Part shown: one piece after another, positions 18,801-24,899 of the stretch
Numbering within the stretch: position 1 is the stretch's first letter
Layout: each line of letters opens with the position of its first letter
From: Candidatus Woesearchaeota archaeon
GTDB taxonomy: Archaea > Nanobdellota > Nanobdellia > Woesearchaeales > ARS49
DNA: 64,000 bases
Assembly: GCA_016215315.1 (NCBI GenBank)
Contig: JACRKG010000040.1
Location: forward strand, 3,128-67,127
Direction: 5' to 3'
The notes under the pieces: generated by a model
Databases searched by the model: none
Told to the model about the DNA's origin: nothing
The model's input: the letters and a program-made list of their open reading frames with translations, nothing else
Position numbers and translations under genes: made by a program

Positions 18801-19797
18801 TAGGGCAGTAAGTACTTCTTAATCTGTTAATTGTTCCTTCGCAACTAAAATGATTAAGAACTTTATCATTGCAATAATCGGGGTAACTTTCTGCTTTTGT
18901 TTGAGTGTTTCCTTTTTCATCGAGCCATACTTCTCCAATTTCGATATGTAATGGATTTTTTAGTTCAATGCAGTAATTGCTTTTTTTACTTTTATCGAAA
19001 CAATTATTTTCTAAAGAATTACAACCATACTGGCATTCAACAATTTCTGAACCTTTACAAGTAAACTTTAACAGTTGATTCCCTTGGCATTTATTTTCTT
19101 GTAATGTTTGTCTTCCGTCAGGGTAAGAATATTTAGCACCTTCAACAGTATCTTCACAACTTACTTGTCTGCAAGCTCCATCAAAACAAGAAAACTCAAC
19201 TTTCTTGCCTGGAGAAACTTCTATTTCAGGACAATAAATATTTTCCTCCTTAGAAAAACCTTTTTCATCACAAGAGTATTCTTTTAAAAAAAGATTTCCG
19301 TTTTCGTCAAATAAACATATATCTTCTTCACGAAATGGCTCGTTAGTAATAGTAACACCTGTGACCTGACCTGGCACGAGAGCAGGCATAATTTCATCTC
19401 CATCGCTATCAGTACATGTTGATTCTACTAGTTCTTGTGTTGCTTTTGGACAATCTTCAGGACAAGTGAGTTCGTTTTCTGCTGGTTTATTGTACACTCC
19501 TTCTCTATCACAGTATTTATCCCCGCAAAAGCCTGTAAGAATTAGTTCTTTTGGAGGAATTTTAGGAGGTAATGATGGTTGAGTGGGTTTTTCTTGAGGA
19601 ATTTCGTAGACTGGCTGTGGAGTGTAGTATTCAGTTGGTGGTTGTATTGTTTGTAATTCTTGGTTGGTGGGTGGTGGGTTGAAATCTGAAGGGAAATCAC
19701 TAACAGGTCTTCCTGTAATTGTGTAAGAAAGTGCGGTAGTTAAGGGTAGATTTATGAATAGTAAAATGACTAAAATAGCAAAAATTTTTTGATTCAT
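3823..19797 (-). CDS. Giant (5324 aa) secreted multidomain protein: signal peptide, Pro linker, Cys-rich repeats, helical/HEAT-like repeats, two transglutaminase-like domains, C-terminal HEEGH zincin-like domain
   Basis: Uninterrupted 15,975-nt ORF; SD GAGGT and TATA-like TTTATAAA upstream; GxxVCR..GHxW..DLDPT twice; HEEGH at 4411-4425. Confidence 0.9.
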   Translation of the reverse strand: MNQKIFAILVILLFINLPLTTALSYTITGRPVSDFPSDFNPPPTNQELQTIQPPTEYYTPQPVYEIPQEKPTQPSLPPKIPPKELILTGFCGDKYCDREGVYNKPAENELTCPEDCPKATQELVESTCTDSDGDEIMPALVPGQVTGVTITNEPFREEDICLFDENGNLFLKEYSCDEKGFSKEENIYCPEIEVSPGKKVEFSCFDGACRQVSCEDTVEGAKYSYPDGRQTLQENKCQGNQLLKFTCKGSEIVECQYGCNSLENNCFDKSKKSNYCIELKNPLHIEIGEVWLDEKGNTQTKAESYPDYCNDKVLNHFSCEGTINRLRSTYCPNGCDPVKQDCVPSTESVASFPKENSPQNFLENLQQGLVCLKQCPDCMDKPQPPKGIDCKYILSSGVWPIAPIPQWPLMPFVKKDKEKPIIIDIADAIKEYEEEQKNKDSARNLLTGKATQQDPEKWLFDQIYGGVMNFIEGLIKVQEDNNAVGEINKISQCLPPLDPEIEKAKQYLSTCSDDSAIIALMNAVNQINQANGNLNDAYKHLVYGASPFTEEFISKLFDAEGWDTDFAIRQSKQRGEKQKSRDLENLKKAMNKITPTNLKYDLQDSIKTFDNVNNQVLVDSLNSVLEAMPQAACPGVNNYLDKAKQEIELVKFYDEEFKKGINQAKAHANSIGGEIRSSIFKAMVGNTFVNYAAHQNVRASLSGVKASVAILNAVLESVKCIKCPLAQAKYVNEKGTCVDCAKCGPGRMPAVSSQLSLPELRKAELAKALQEGDFEKVKKIIDKLKGQEVVPEKKNPGILTSERIPIVDDVIDSFYYLWKKIKIKLEVIPTLTEQMQDPALSEAQKIKLIRNFILNSGVVTDYEVPPSGTLEALKEIILIKNIPDGVIKEVVESLELLYQIENRDLRNEIIELLEEILSGSELGEEQKTIILDNFINKLEMRSTYEKDAEVQKDLEKLEKYKPKKTSYKLETISPFLATRIGREPFNLPSILKSAAPEAPPEKVVEPDLAKTVKDLINVFIREKNKPFNELVTSLLTIAQGLELLRFKESVKLSEMNLSLLAETILGIYIDNKDTLALGETHLILYALETITNISPEAMNPENIMFIFEDLSLKYETQKNQLTLSESLGILQLLNTVLYKFNIENEDQLAQRIVNSLNELFDNHTEELFSNFELLKMLDDILSVNLMPTYQTIQKGELVDVTGENRVSEEGRQLIQKIARKLLEHFENNKKTLSTEKVSELFKLIDRVLFGNFLTKEEKTELNREASLKLFAFFKENKSSLTESEKTQFLLALYKTSYDIKDTASDEEKGIILALYEDLLAINYSSLSEEEVKDFLDNFLYYHLLVKDTQEETVLKQVTIKTLNYFLENINNLSPENLFRLSRHASSFINSFSGFNNDEKNEFADKFIQKINEYLEKHETLPDDQKQFVKERANNEFEKIKSIISLQKLFEEIKNKRAEKESVDKKTPGESARILKTQIGTVRKPVEVLKTEEVTKEEVKPVDEQKVKAELTGLINEIDEMINSFYNNPEEAKKLMDELINSGEFPALTEFDPELTDEEKLNTFVARRLLGRLQSYKDRISLLSNERDVQAYFEMLLNLYKRYNYFITSIIITEYETLEFTKCGDKECTKEPTRLKLTRSLGMDFHLDLLELAKLLSEEHRQNYLYDLFDLFTSISEIPLKAKEKYLLEVYSLMTEKTKEAYSSLIFTELHKLYQDRIKEGGLLLEIIKYLPDDRKKEKAIQILNELFSQLEIGLKERTLPNVSPGVAYLIYQLLEMTKFPPELTTKAYFLLKDFGFYYLLSALERGENLNVSELLKTLTTLLSHANINEKYSEGTLPSNIYSQQIDDQVTKLLEYIQEQINSLSRLELSTEQAQETYINLINALTEIKKITDLLPDSDSPYAPKPKLVNKTKQLLAQLVNLIVQKRIPPTQEFYDLISRIEDIGLRESLLKLLKLNFGEKIQASVEESPGEIPAGISEEGKREITKQIKVVKSEQKYPVQEIPSKQPTSILKSEQKGWFGRTWDWISGVKSPEEESSDAKKTVLDPDKTLEDKISALYVLAGPKGDETNFQDLKELLFNPNVSDEIKLRIIIHLYIFLNQQQFLKEHSELMELIKKELITPVTKGNEGAFIEILSWYDVNHLFELFKNPNVSDLNKLYLIKKIMKLRQVKADFAYSALDFLKTAIHKEENRKFLSWFIGLIINLQSFENIGSFAKFFKEEILKYELSPVERTEILEKILDSNRLNKYEKREIIKTFPEAESTLEYIIKQRPYDLDLYEINDQIIQILSENGKFEVLKKLLNIPELHKYYKILIAEQLWLAKELLDTPELIDLLISVVPDTNVPLEVRSSAIRALLNKEGTNKFKELLLNPQLSSYAKRTIIEALGTLAPSFFQEIILDQRIDLDIKKEALHRGAKGFSYPELMQIALNQELEKEIRDLAITNLINFDSSLLVKDLIRLPYEQRIAFLKEILFNKSGGVEYEQRLLLIVQDLSVVITEEDSIELYRLIIKNLGTELAIKILAKIGSNPALDILEELLKERIAREPFKNSSIKNQLTEVNLDVGTLILLINTFNYWSETGENANIRSNSYRARDYLLELLEKKVSTTEETELAKYYDLAKSFLLPKYFAAFINFVAFLPFEKSIEELRRIYYDENLIEQAVNNSGLSYEAIMEIIINTLSVNDEKAIKVLEEIANNPEEESSIRESARKIVEHFMSFEEVPTKEKKITSTEPPSEQDLRHLAFSEEQIKKESSLEEVSNGFFNLDQLIKITNSESFKEQVKQVLLKALREFIFDENLSEYFRTKNLHYLLKYGSGEDFKKVLQLVNNFSEDSAHYSLINNLFPEWTVDEENVKHRKQKVLEELNKHTSEVVRKAAKRELERLFNTKPKEVSSIQTKQPTELFYISDKPKINHFPIFKDGVAKGFVNTANEILKSEHAKAPSKGVSSETPPKEMQNFKDLLDYIAATLQIPFITPVGIFFPEGMPQKENFNYHVDRIIEWMENTGLMNADFLIELMELPLEEAVQKMKERIESILDDDLEVEVISWKIEKGHKEGTWKVPKEEGMSYEEFGQHAVGLRGAGTYASEGDSETSPEGETSTVDIKRSDSVEWGITSEGNLFFSFNEDYQEMIGLPEKSITTAGKGKTVILVIRSKNKQVKEKPKETSMRTEKPVFRTETPRILSMRKSVSVPPPILMQESVQPQKATLTEDVSNEKQFEEARKHLEQLFGEVESDYNIYLIEAINRFLNDNPDATSEEIIDKIQQIQSDDSIEVFEEGYKIPPSLEGMQAEEENFKHRQELNNEIELAFRRAAYGHESFFKVLARKILGLAQSMPFEDPYTVNEPNTKAFIEIVNNIKADNDLILVKKIYEFVTKILPIFERSDVMCRNFETLITQGKAVCRERSPLLVYALKLRGIDAKIITSNAVGEGAGHMWVTVTINVNNKLVEFDLDPTWYREFIPLHERFKGVEEERARETFEAIWKQYEGVQGKRYITEPEKASEIPKETSMRTEKPKEVSSTILKTEVPGFLAMQKPMGASIPILKQEEQKYTQTKPTLDEINRRCKEDKESLMREALERDFYKDILDLCDGKNLSEELTAKVVERLRSEYASNGSLFRHYIYQFGSKVFFSEIQKIYSEDKTKLSLSEIYFLVNFGYDDPKISESIASFLMNVSLDKELNENFRIEVQKLSINFFFYLRDYFEQKKENPDFTSVEENTYDNWAAELIKELDNKIDDVKYVLLASQIKHNPEGMLDFSVKFSVLTRNFGELSLSEILTLTEAVANHYKIFRNDSFVNNFLIQIESSEIPQENKDDIIRILITHLSLLNLQKETLPWFNPEALIESIAKNSSEAVKNYANTVLILMKKAEIVNFEENTVLIDQVLLFIKDNIALFGDKAISSEKIIDFIQQIQGEDWVTGLHSKSSLETVQDLEKRKYYSYGIFDIYKFSYEGSSFIGSLLRTLSKIITFNYEDYKNPYTPQEPLSAAFLDKIRHLESKNELELVMKIYSLAEDMVKVYELHSEFCKPMEEVLLKGNGVCRDFAALLYHALKERGIDVKYVDGFTEKITEGHIWVRVRITVENIPMEFDLDPTGYKEFFPLHPREFKIDNEQAMNYFKEQAFEQPVFLAMQKPMGAQIPILKQFAPQPPQVIPQQEEQKSNVEEQVNKLFDDFLMLLKQSPNEIYSISLFNAFNQIINQYLQDLRNNGNQEEQQKASLMIYKKFTQLRESKPEIFEVVKRNYLSLTTNLFNQMSPDDKKQFADQLFNSLLEQYKETGEQYIINNAIPSIMDFLVEKKIEKVKMILDLILTQIEGNEQNWNTYYLPELVRMLGYPAEATEKVYELVKKETSKWEYQDAGACYQMRARLITLLIHSQIENKNQEIQEINSMVVAKLKRLPENMLDRAHYGPLYNELMSDIEALPELQPLAVDLYELLMNIFFQRMKDNFQRPDDDSFKQMLYNELPSLLKLLPESMKQEKTEELFNILILLANGKRSLIEDSRQKIRQNKINELDQNKLGEYRRLLAALLNVVETLGFPKEKTETVYRLVKELFTIMSNTQVNWKMEFNEFEKMVKIIDVLGLDKHKEYPTILRTDNINSAESVGIGYMIGDWRTMIKVYIMNQIAMFGENNFFGIIEIAKLFTKISDFVLSIPPELEELNLDKKKEALSDVLNNILKAQNKFEKREIPEEFFVQLIKSINSLPLDEQTKKEFLLEYFKESLKELSTKEQTYSLLKYFLENLADEQKEFVKQSILEFIEKRYSSDNVIDMKAALYDLARIGFDDKPLLDDFFQKLSNDQILSFVSFEEFAQLFSFFNFELIMNKLVELKKQQEQTYSETTKAFIDVLYAVLNKKLNSAFEEGNKEFLTYVRFSIQSNEIELLGELIKSAWSDLSEEEKTKILEFSKQKYLPSNITQYVEFSNNLPDEVALQIIKELYENEQEFDKVINALTKERGLFENDAEGAYEYAIGIIIDELIKIKGENSVAFIKKIIKDNKDNSKIVERARKKLETLSEPRKTEDVKEGLKGQKEELKVIKKIKSTVKFPEIEQPAQKPVQKSAEILKSEEKDLTQEKTIEEKSSLEIPEPEVPSLELRPLFENFQKITEQRFEEKGGFQNLGESLAAYYFGQIFMVLNHEEGHAHVTEAYAAQYDLGINVGFGTLTTNKNMPDLGLFKGLTRQNARLTEKQYESITLGGFAASQELYCRVNEGLVQNDDGSFENRVGHWIAFTAGMDFPVHCLESYTSDVVNYGDIDYLIKQGYETDIKRALVADVIGKAPDLYWHFTKGLGMETSRPDWFSFRIPGTNFRLKISARAFIDPQNRIIAPYVEGEITSE

Positions 19798-19973
19798 CCA
19801 AAAACCTCTTTTATACCTGTTTTATGCAAGTTTTGTTTATAAATATTTGTGTTTAAAAGAATATTTGAGCTCACACAGTTCGCTCAAAAATATTCTTTTT
19901 GAACTGATTAGTTCTCAGATAAATACTAATATAATACTTATTAGTATTCTTTTGAGAACTAGCAATCTGTTGA

Positions 19974-21413
19974 TCAGAAGCTTTTTTCCATAATTTTAGG
20001 CTTTTTTATGCCTAAAATTTTAAGAACTGTTGGTGCAATATTATACAACGCTCCATCTTTGATTTTTTTGCATTTTTCAGTGATTATTATTGGTACTTTG
20101 CTCGTGCTGTGCGATGTAATATGGTCTCCTATCATCTTTTCAGCATTTCCATGATCTGCAGTAACAATCAAGGTGTAATTTTGTTTTTTGCATGCTTCAG
20201 AAATTTCTCCTAAACATTTATCTACAACTTCAATTCCTTCAACGGCCTTCTTAATTTTACCAGTATGACCTATCATATCAGGATTTGCAAAATTGATAAA
20301 AACAAATCCGTACTTTTTCTGATTTATTACTTCAACTGCTTTTTTAGAAATTTTAAAAGCACTCATTGCAGGAGTTTTATCATAAGTGCTTACTTTAGGA
20401 CTTGGTATCAGCAATCTTTCTTCACCTTTGAAAATTCGATCGCTTAATCCGTTAAAAAAGAATGTTACGTGAGCCCATTTTTCAGTTTCAGCCAATCGAA
20501 ATTGCTTAATTGTATGTTTGCTTAAAACTTCACCGAGTGTATTTTTGATTTCTATTGATGGAAATACCGGATTTTTTATTTTTTCGTCGTACTCAGTAAA
20601 ACAAACAAACTTAGTTTCTTTTGATAGTAATTTTGTTATTTGTCTTGCTCTATCGGCACGGTAATTAAAGAATATTATTACATCTTTTTTGTTTAATTGG
20701 TTATTATTAATGACTGAAGGAGTGATAAACTCGTCACTTTCACCACGTTTGTATGCATTTCTAACTGCACTTTCTGCACTCAAAAATTTTAGTCCTTTGC
20801 AATTCTTTATGTTTTCGTAAGCTTTTCTTGTCCTGGCCCAATTATTATTTCTATCCATTGCGTAATATCTGCCTGTAATTGTTGTTATTTTCCAATTTTT
20901 ATTGTATTTGCGTAATTCATTTTCAATCAATCTAATATATTTCAGTGCGGATTTAGGCGGAGTATCTCTTCCATCAGTTATGCAGTGAACAAATACGTTT
21001 TTTAGCTTAAATTTGCTAGCAAATTTAAGCAATGCAAACAAATGATTTATGTGAGAATGTACTCCTGCATCACTAATTAAGCCTAATAAATGTAAAGAAC
21101 TTTTCTTAACGTCATTTATTGCTTTAATAAGTGCTTTATTTATAAAAAATGAGCCATTTTTTATACTTTCATGAATTCTTGTTAAATCTTGTTTCACTAA
21201 TCTTCCAGCACCGATATGCAAGTGTCCAACTTCTGAATTACCCATAAATCCAGGCAACAAACCAACATACTCTCCAGATGCATGTAATTCTTGGTAAAAT
21301 TTTTCTTTTTTTAATTTATCAAAATTAGGAGTTTTAGCTAGCTTTACTGCATTACCTTTTGAACTATTTCTAATACCCCAACCATCAAGAACTATCAACA
21401 CCACTTTTTTCAT
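19974..21413 (-). CDS. gpmI: 2,3-bisphosphoglycerate-independent phosphoglycerate mutase
   Basis: LIVLDGWG, MGNSEVGH, HCITDGRDT, AETEKWAHVTFF, NPDMIGHTG, TADHGN motifs. Confidence 0.97.
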   Translation of the reverse strand: MKKVVLIVLDGWGIRNSSKGNAVKLAKTPNFDKLKKEKFYQELHASGEYVGLLPGFMGNSEVGHLHIGAGRLVKQDLTRIHESIKNGSFFINKALIKAINDVKKSSLHLLGLISDAGVHSHINHLFALLKFASKFKLKNVFVHCITDGRDTPPKSALKYIRLIENELRKYNKNWKITTITGRYYAMDRNNNWARTRKAYENIKNCKGLKFLSAESAVRNAYKRGESDEFITPSVINNNQLNKKDVIIFFNYRADRARQITKLLSKETKFVCFTEYDEKIKNPVFPSIEIKNTLGEVLSKHTIKQFRLAETEKWAHVTFFFNGLSDRIFKGEERLLIPSPKVSTYDKTPAMSAFKISKKAVEVINQKKYGFVFINFANPDMIGHTGKIKKAVEGIEVVDKCLGEISEACKKQNYTLIVTADHGNAEKMIGDHITSHSTSKVPIIITEKCKKIKDGALYNIAPTVLKILGIKKPKIMEKSF

Positions 21414-21509
21414 TAAAAAACACTGTGTGTTTTTCTTTTATAAATCTTTTTAGACATATCTGCTTGAAAAGCGAAATCTTTAAATAAACGTACGTGTACA
21501 CGTATATTT

Positions 21510-21749
21510 ATGGTTACTAAAACATTGACAATAATGGAAGATGTATATGGTCTTTTATTGAGAAATAAACGAGAAGAAGAAAGTTTTTCTGAAGAATTAA
21601 GAAGATTGCTTTCTGTAAAAAAAAGAGATCCTATGGAGTTATTTGGTTTGATTTCTGAGGAGCAAGGAGATAAGATGCTTGAAGATCTTAAAAGAATAAA
21701 AGAAGAAAACATAAAATTACAAAAACAGAGGCTTAAATGGAACTTTTAG
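21510..21749 (+). CDS. vapB: VapB-type antitoxin (UPF0330/DUF217-like)
   Basis: TKTLTIMEDVYGLL...ESFSEELRRLL; overlaps a PIN toxin gene. Confidence 0.75.
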   Translation: MVTKTLTIMEDVYGLLLRNKREEESFSEELRRLLSVKKRDPMELFGLISEEQGDKMLEDLKRIKEENIKLQKQRLKWNF

Positions 21750-22123
21750 ATACAACATTTTTAATAGATGTTTTGAAGGGTAAAAAAGAAACTGTGGCAC
21801 TGCTTAAAAGTGGCAAGCCTTTAATTACAACACAAATATGCATGTATGAAGTTATACGAGGAATGCTTTTAAGGGGTGAATCTCCAGATAAAATACTCAA
21901 CGCAAGAGATTTAATTGGAGACTTCAGGGTAATAAGTTTAGCTGATAATAGCATCATAAAAGCTGCTGAGATTTCTTCTGATCTCACAAAAAAAGGAAAA
22001 ATGATTTCTGATTGTGACTGTTTAATTGCAGGAATGGCTCTAGCAAACGGCATAAATAAAATAGTTACAAGAAACGTAGAACATTTTAATAGAATAAAAG
22101 GAATAGAAGTTGAAACTTATTAA
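21737..22123 (+). CDS. vapC: PIN-domain toxin VapC
   Basis: LLDTTFLID, YEVIRG, DCLIAGMAL, VTRNVEHF. Confidence 0.92.
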   Translation: MELLDTTFLIDVLKGKKETVALLKSGKPLITTQICMYEVIRGMLLRGESPDKILNARDLIGDFRVISLADNSIIKAAEISSDLTKKGKMISDCDCLIAGMALANGINKIVTRNVEHFNRIKGIEVETY

Positions 22124-22186
22124 TCAAGTTCAGTATTTATAAAATTACCCATCGATTTTATAAATAATTTTAAAAATCATACTGTG

Positions 22187-23314
22187 ATGGGTAAATTAAA
22201 TAAGGCAATTATGTGTGCTATTTTTGGACTTGGTTTAGCTGGAACTGGCATGTATTATTTTAGTAAACCCACTCGAGTTGTTCAAAGCACTCCGGCTAAA
22301 CAAATTAATTTATGGGAAGAACCAAAAAAACCTGCTTTAGATGAAGTTAAATCTTTTTTTGAAGAAGATAAAACTCCAGATAAAACAACTATTGCTCAGA
22401 TTAATGTTTGGCTTAAAAATCTTGAACCGGGAAATTATCAATTGAGTGGAGGAGAAACTCCTGCAAGAGTTGCTCAGAATGATGCTTTAGAGTTTAGTAA
22501 TCATAAAAAAATCTCTGGCAGAACTGTTTCTTTAATAAAAAATCCTTCTTGTTTGGAAAATTATGTTCGTGGATCAAGTCAAAGAATTGATGAGTTTCGT
22601 GAATGGTTAGAAAACAAAGGACTAACTATTCCTGAAGTAGTTTTTGAAATTCCAACCAATTCTGATGATTTAGTGTTTGTTCCATACAATCCCAAACTTG
22701 TTAAGATGTTCGTAGTAAACACAATGCATTCTTATGAATATTATCAAGCAGAAATGACAAAAAACACCAATGGAAAAAATAAAAAATTTTTGAAAGAAGT
22801 AACAATAGAAACTGATAAAGCAATTAATGGAGAAGTTTTTACTACACTTGTTTTCGATTATGATATGGAAAGAATAAATGGGGCGAGAGTAGAATTGTAT
22901 TTCAGTCACTTACAAGTGCCAGAAAATGAATTGGAAGGATTTTATGCAGAACTTTGCGAACCACTTCATTATCAACTCTTAAGTGCTAGATGCAGATTTT
23001 TTGAATTTTATGTTAATCAAATGGGAAATAAGAACAAATCATTTTACAATTACGCAGATGTGAACAATGTTCAGAATAATTTAGCCGAAGCAGAAGAAGG
23101 TTTTGTTCATGCAGTAGTTTTACATTATTTGAATGCGGTTAAAGGGATTAATGTTGAGAAAAAGATAGAGTTTTATACTAATCGCGATTCATCTACTAAA
23201 ATGAAGGGAATTTACAAAGCAGTACTTCCCGCACTTCAAATTATTGAAAGAAAAGGAATTGAAAAATCAATCGAAGATTATTTGGAAAGTCCTGAAGATT
23301 TTTACAATAACTAA
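22187..23314 (+). CDS. Membrane-anchored hypothetical protein
   Basis: N-terminal hydrophobic helix; long ORF; degenerate CEPLH and AEEGFVH motifs. Confidence 0.6.
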   Translation: MGKLNKAIMCAIFGLGLAGTGMYYFSKPTRVVQSTPAKQINLWEEPKKPALDEVKSFFEEDKTPDKTTIAQINVWLKNLEPGNYQLSGGETPARVAQNDALEFSNHKKISGRTVSLIKNPSCLENYVRGSSQRIDEFREWLENKGLTIPEVVFEIPTNSDDLVFVPYNPKLVKMFVVNTMHSYEYYQAEMTKNTNGKNKKFLKEVTIETDKAINGEVFTTLVFDYDMERINGARVELYFSHLQVPENELEGFYAELCEPLHYQLLSARCRFFEFYVNQMGNKNKSFYNYADVNNVQNNLAEAEEGFVHAVVLHYLNAVKGINVEKKIEFYTNRDSSTKMKGIYKAVLPALQIIERKGIEKSIEDYLESPEDFYNN

Positions 23315-23316
23315 AA

Positions 23317-24288
23317 ATGGAAAACATTTCATTCAAAAGAAAAAAAGAACAAAAAACAATTGATGTTAATAATTTAGAAAAGATTCAAGGCTTTAAGCTT
23401 GATAAAAATGTTTCTGCTTTAGAATTATTAAAAAATTACAAAACTCTTGGTTTTCAGGCGAGTCATGTTGCTAAAGCTGCAGAATTAATTCAAAAAATGA
23501 AAAAAGAAAAAGTTGATATTTATTTGACTGCAACTTCCAACATGATGAGTTCTGGATTAAGAGAAATAATTGCGCAATTAGTTAAGCACAAATTAGTGAA
23601 AGCAATAATTACTACTACTGGTTTTATTGAAGAAGATGTTATGAAAACAAAAAAAGATTTTTATTTGGGCAGTTTTGAAGTTGATGATACTGAAGTCAAA
23701 GAGAACACGCTCAATAGGATTGGTAATATTTTTGTTCCAGATGATCATTATGTTTGGTTGGAAAGCTTTCACAATAAATTTTTGGAAAAAACTTGCGCAA
23801 AAAAAAAGGTTTGGAGTCCTAGTGAATACATTCATGAATTGGGTTTAGAATTAAATGATGAAAATAGTGTTCTTTACTGGGCTTCAAAAAATAATATTCC
23901 GATATTCTCTCCCGGATTTGTCGACGGAGCAATGGGAGATCATTTCTTCTTTTTCAATGAAAAACAAAAAGAAAAATTAGTGATTGATACTGCTAAAGAC
24001 TTGACTATTTTTTATAAATTAATTCTCAACTCAGAAAAAACTGGAGGAGTATTCTTAGGTGGAAGCCTTCCCAAACATCACTTAATCGGTGCAGCAATAC
24101 TAAGAAACGGATTAGATTGCGCGGTTTACATTCAAACAGGAACTCAATATGATGGTTCTCTTTCTGGAGCACATCCTAAAGAAGCAGTTAGTTGGAATAA
24201 GCTAAAAGACGAAAAAAATAGTGTAGTTATAGAAGCTGAAGCAACAATTGTGTTTCCTTTATTGGCATTGAGTTGGATGAATAATTAA
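23317..24288 (+). CDS. dys: Deoxyhypusine synthase
   Basis: LGFQAS, TSNMMSSGLRE, GGSLPKHH, YDGSLSGA, EAVSWNK (catalytic Lys position). Confidence 0.95.
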   Translation: MENISFKRKKEQKTIDVNNLEKIQGFKLDKNVSALELLKNYKTLGFQASHVAKAAELIQKMKKEKVDIYLTATSNMMSSGLREIIAQLVKHKLVKAIITTTGFIEEDVMKTKKDFYLGSFEVDDTEVKENTLNRIGNIFVPDDHYVWLESFHNKFLEKTCAKKKVWSPSEYIHELGLELNDENSVLYWASKNNIPIFSPGFVDGAMGDHFFFFNEKQKEKLVIDTAKDLTIFYKLILNSEKTGGVFLGGSLPKHHLIGAAILRNGLDCAVYIQTGTQYDGSLSGAHPKEAVSWNKLKDEKNSVVIEAEATIVFPLLALSWMNN

Positions 24289-24557
24289 AAATTATTCAAA
24301 TCATCTTTATCTTCTTCACTTCCTAACCCTTCTTCTCCATCTTCATAATAAGCAACTTTATCATCTATTTGTCCTATGTCTTCTCCAAAAGTTTCGTTTA
24401 CTATTCTTAGAAGTCTTCTTGCCATTTTCAAGTATTCTTCCATTTCTGTACTTTCATATTGTTTTATGTATTCTGAAGTCTCGTAAGAGTATAATCCGTG
24501 TTTTTTGCTTACTTCTGAAAATTCATCAATTATTTTTTTTATTTCATCTTCTAACAT
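24285..24557 (-). CDS. Small acidic hypothetical protein, paralog of 24559-24822
   Basis: Shares KxxGLYS..EME..K..R.L..DIGxIxD..YxED with its neighbour. Confidence 0.65.
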   Translation of the reverse strand: MLEDEIKKIIDEFSEVSKKHGLYSYETSEYIKQYESTEMEEYLKMARRLLRIVNETFGEDIGQIDDKVAYYEDGEEGLGSEEDKDDLNNF

Positions 24558-24558
24558 T

Positions 24559-24822
24559 TTATGGCTCCAATCTTTTTAGTACTGATTCAACTCGTGTAGT
24601 ATCTTCATCATAAAGCGCTAAGTCTTCTATATTGCCTATGTCTCCAACATTCCAGTGCTCTGCTTTTACTCTCGCAAGAACTCGGTAAGTTTTAATCCAC
24701 CTTTCCATTTCATGAGTGAGAGTTGTGTTTGTTAAGTAATTTGATGCGGCTAAGGAATAAAGCCCGTATTCTTTGCAAATGTCTGCATATTTTACTAGTG
24801 TGTCTAAAGTTTTTTTATCCAC
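24559..24822 (-). CDS. Small hypothetical protein, paralog of 24285-24557
   Basis: GTG start; same motif set as its neighbour. Confidence 0.65.
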   Translation of the reverse strand: MDKKTLDTLVKYADICKEYGLYSLAASNYLTNTTLTHEMERWIKTYRVLARVKAEHWNVGDIGNIEDLALYDEDTTRVESVLKRLEP

Positions 24823-24899
24823 AAATATGCTTGATTTCTTAAGTATTTAATTATTATTGTATGGGAAAGTTTATAATTTAGAAAAGCATTAATTTATTC

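Noticed and set aside
5297-18811. Plus-strand ORFs inside the giant gene and similar antisense ORFs elsewhere
   Set aside because: Shadow frames with F/S/L-rich composition opposite well-supported genes
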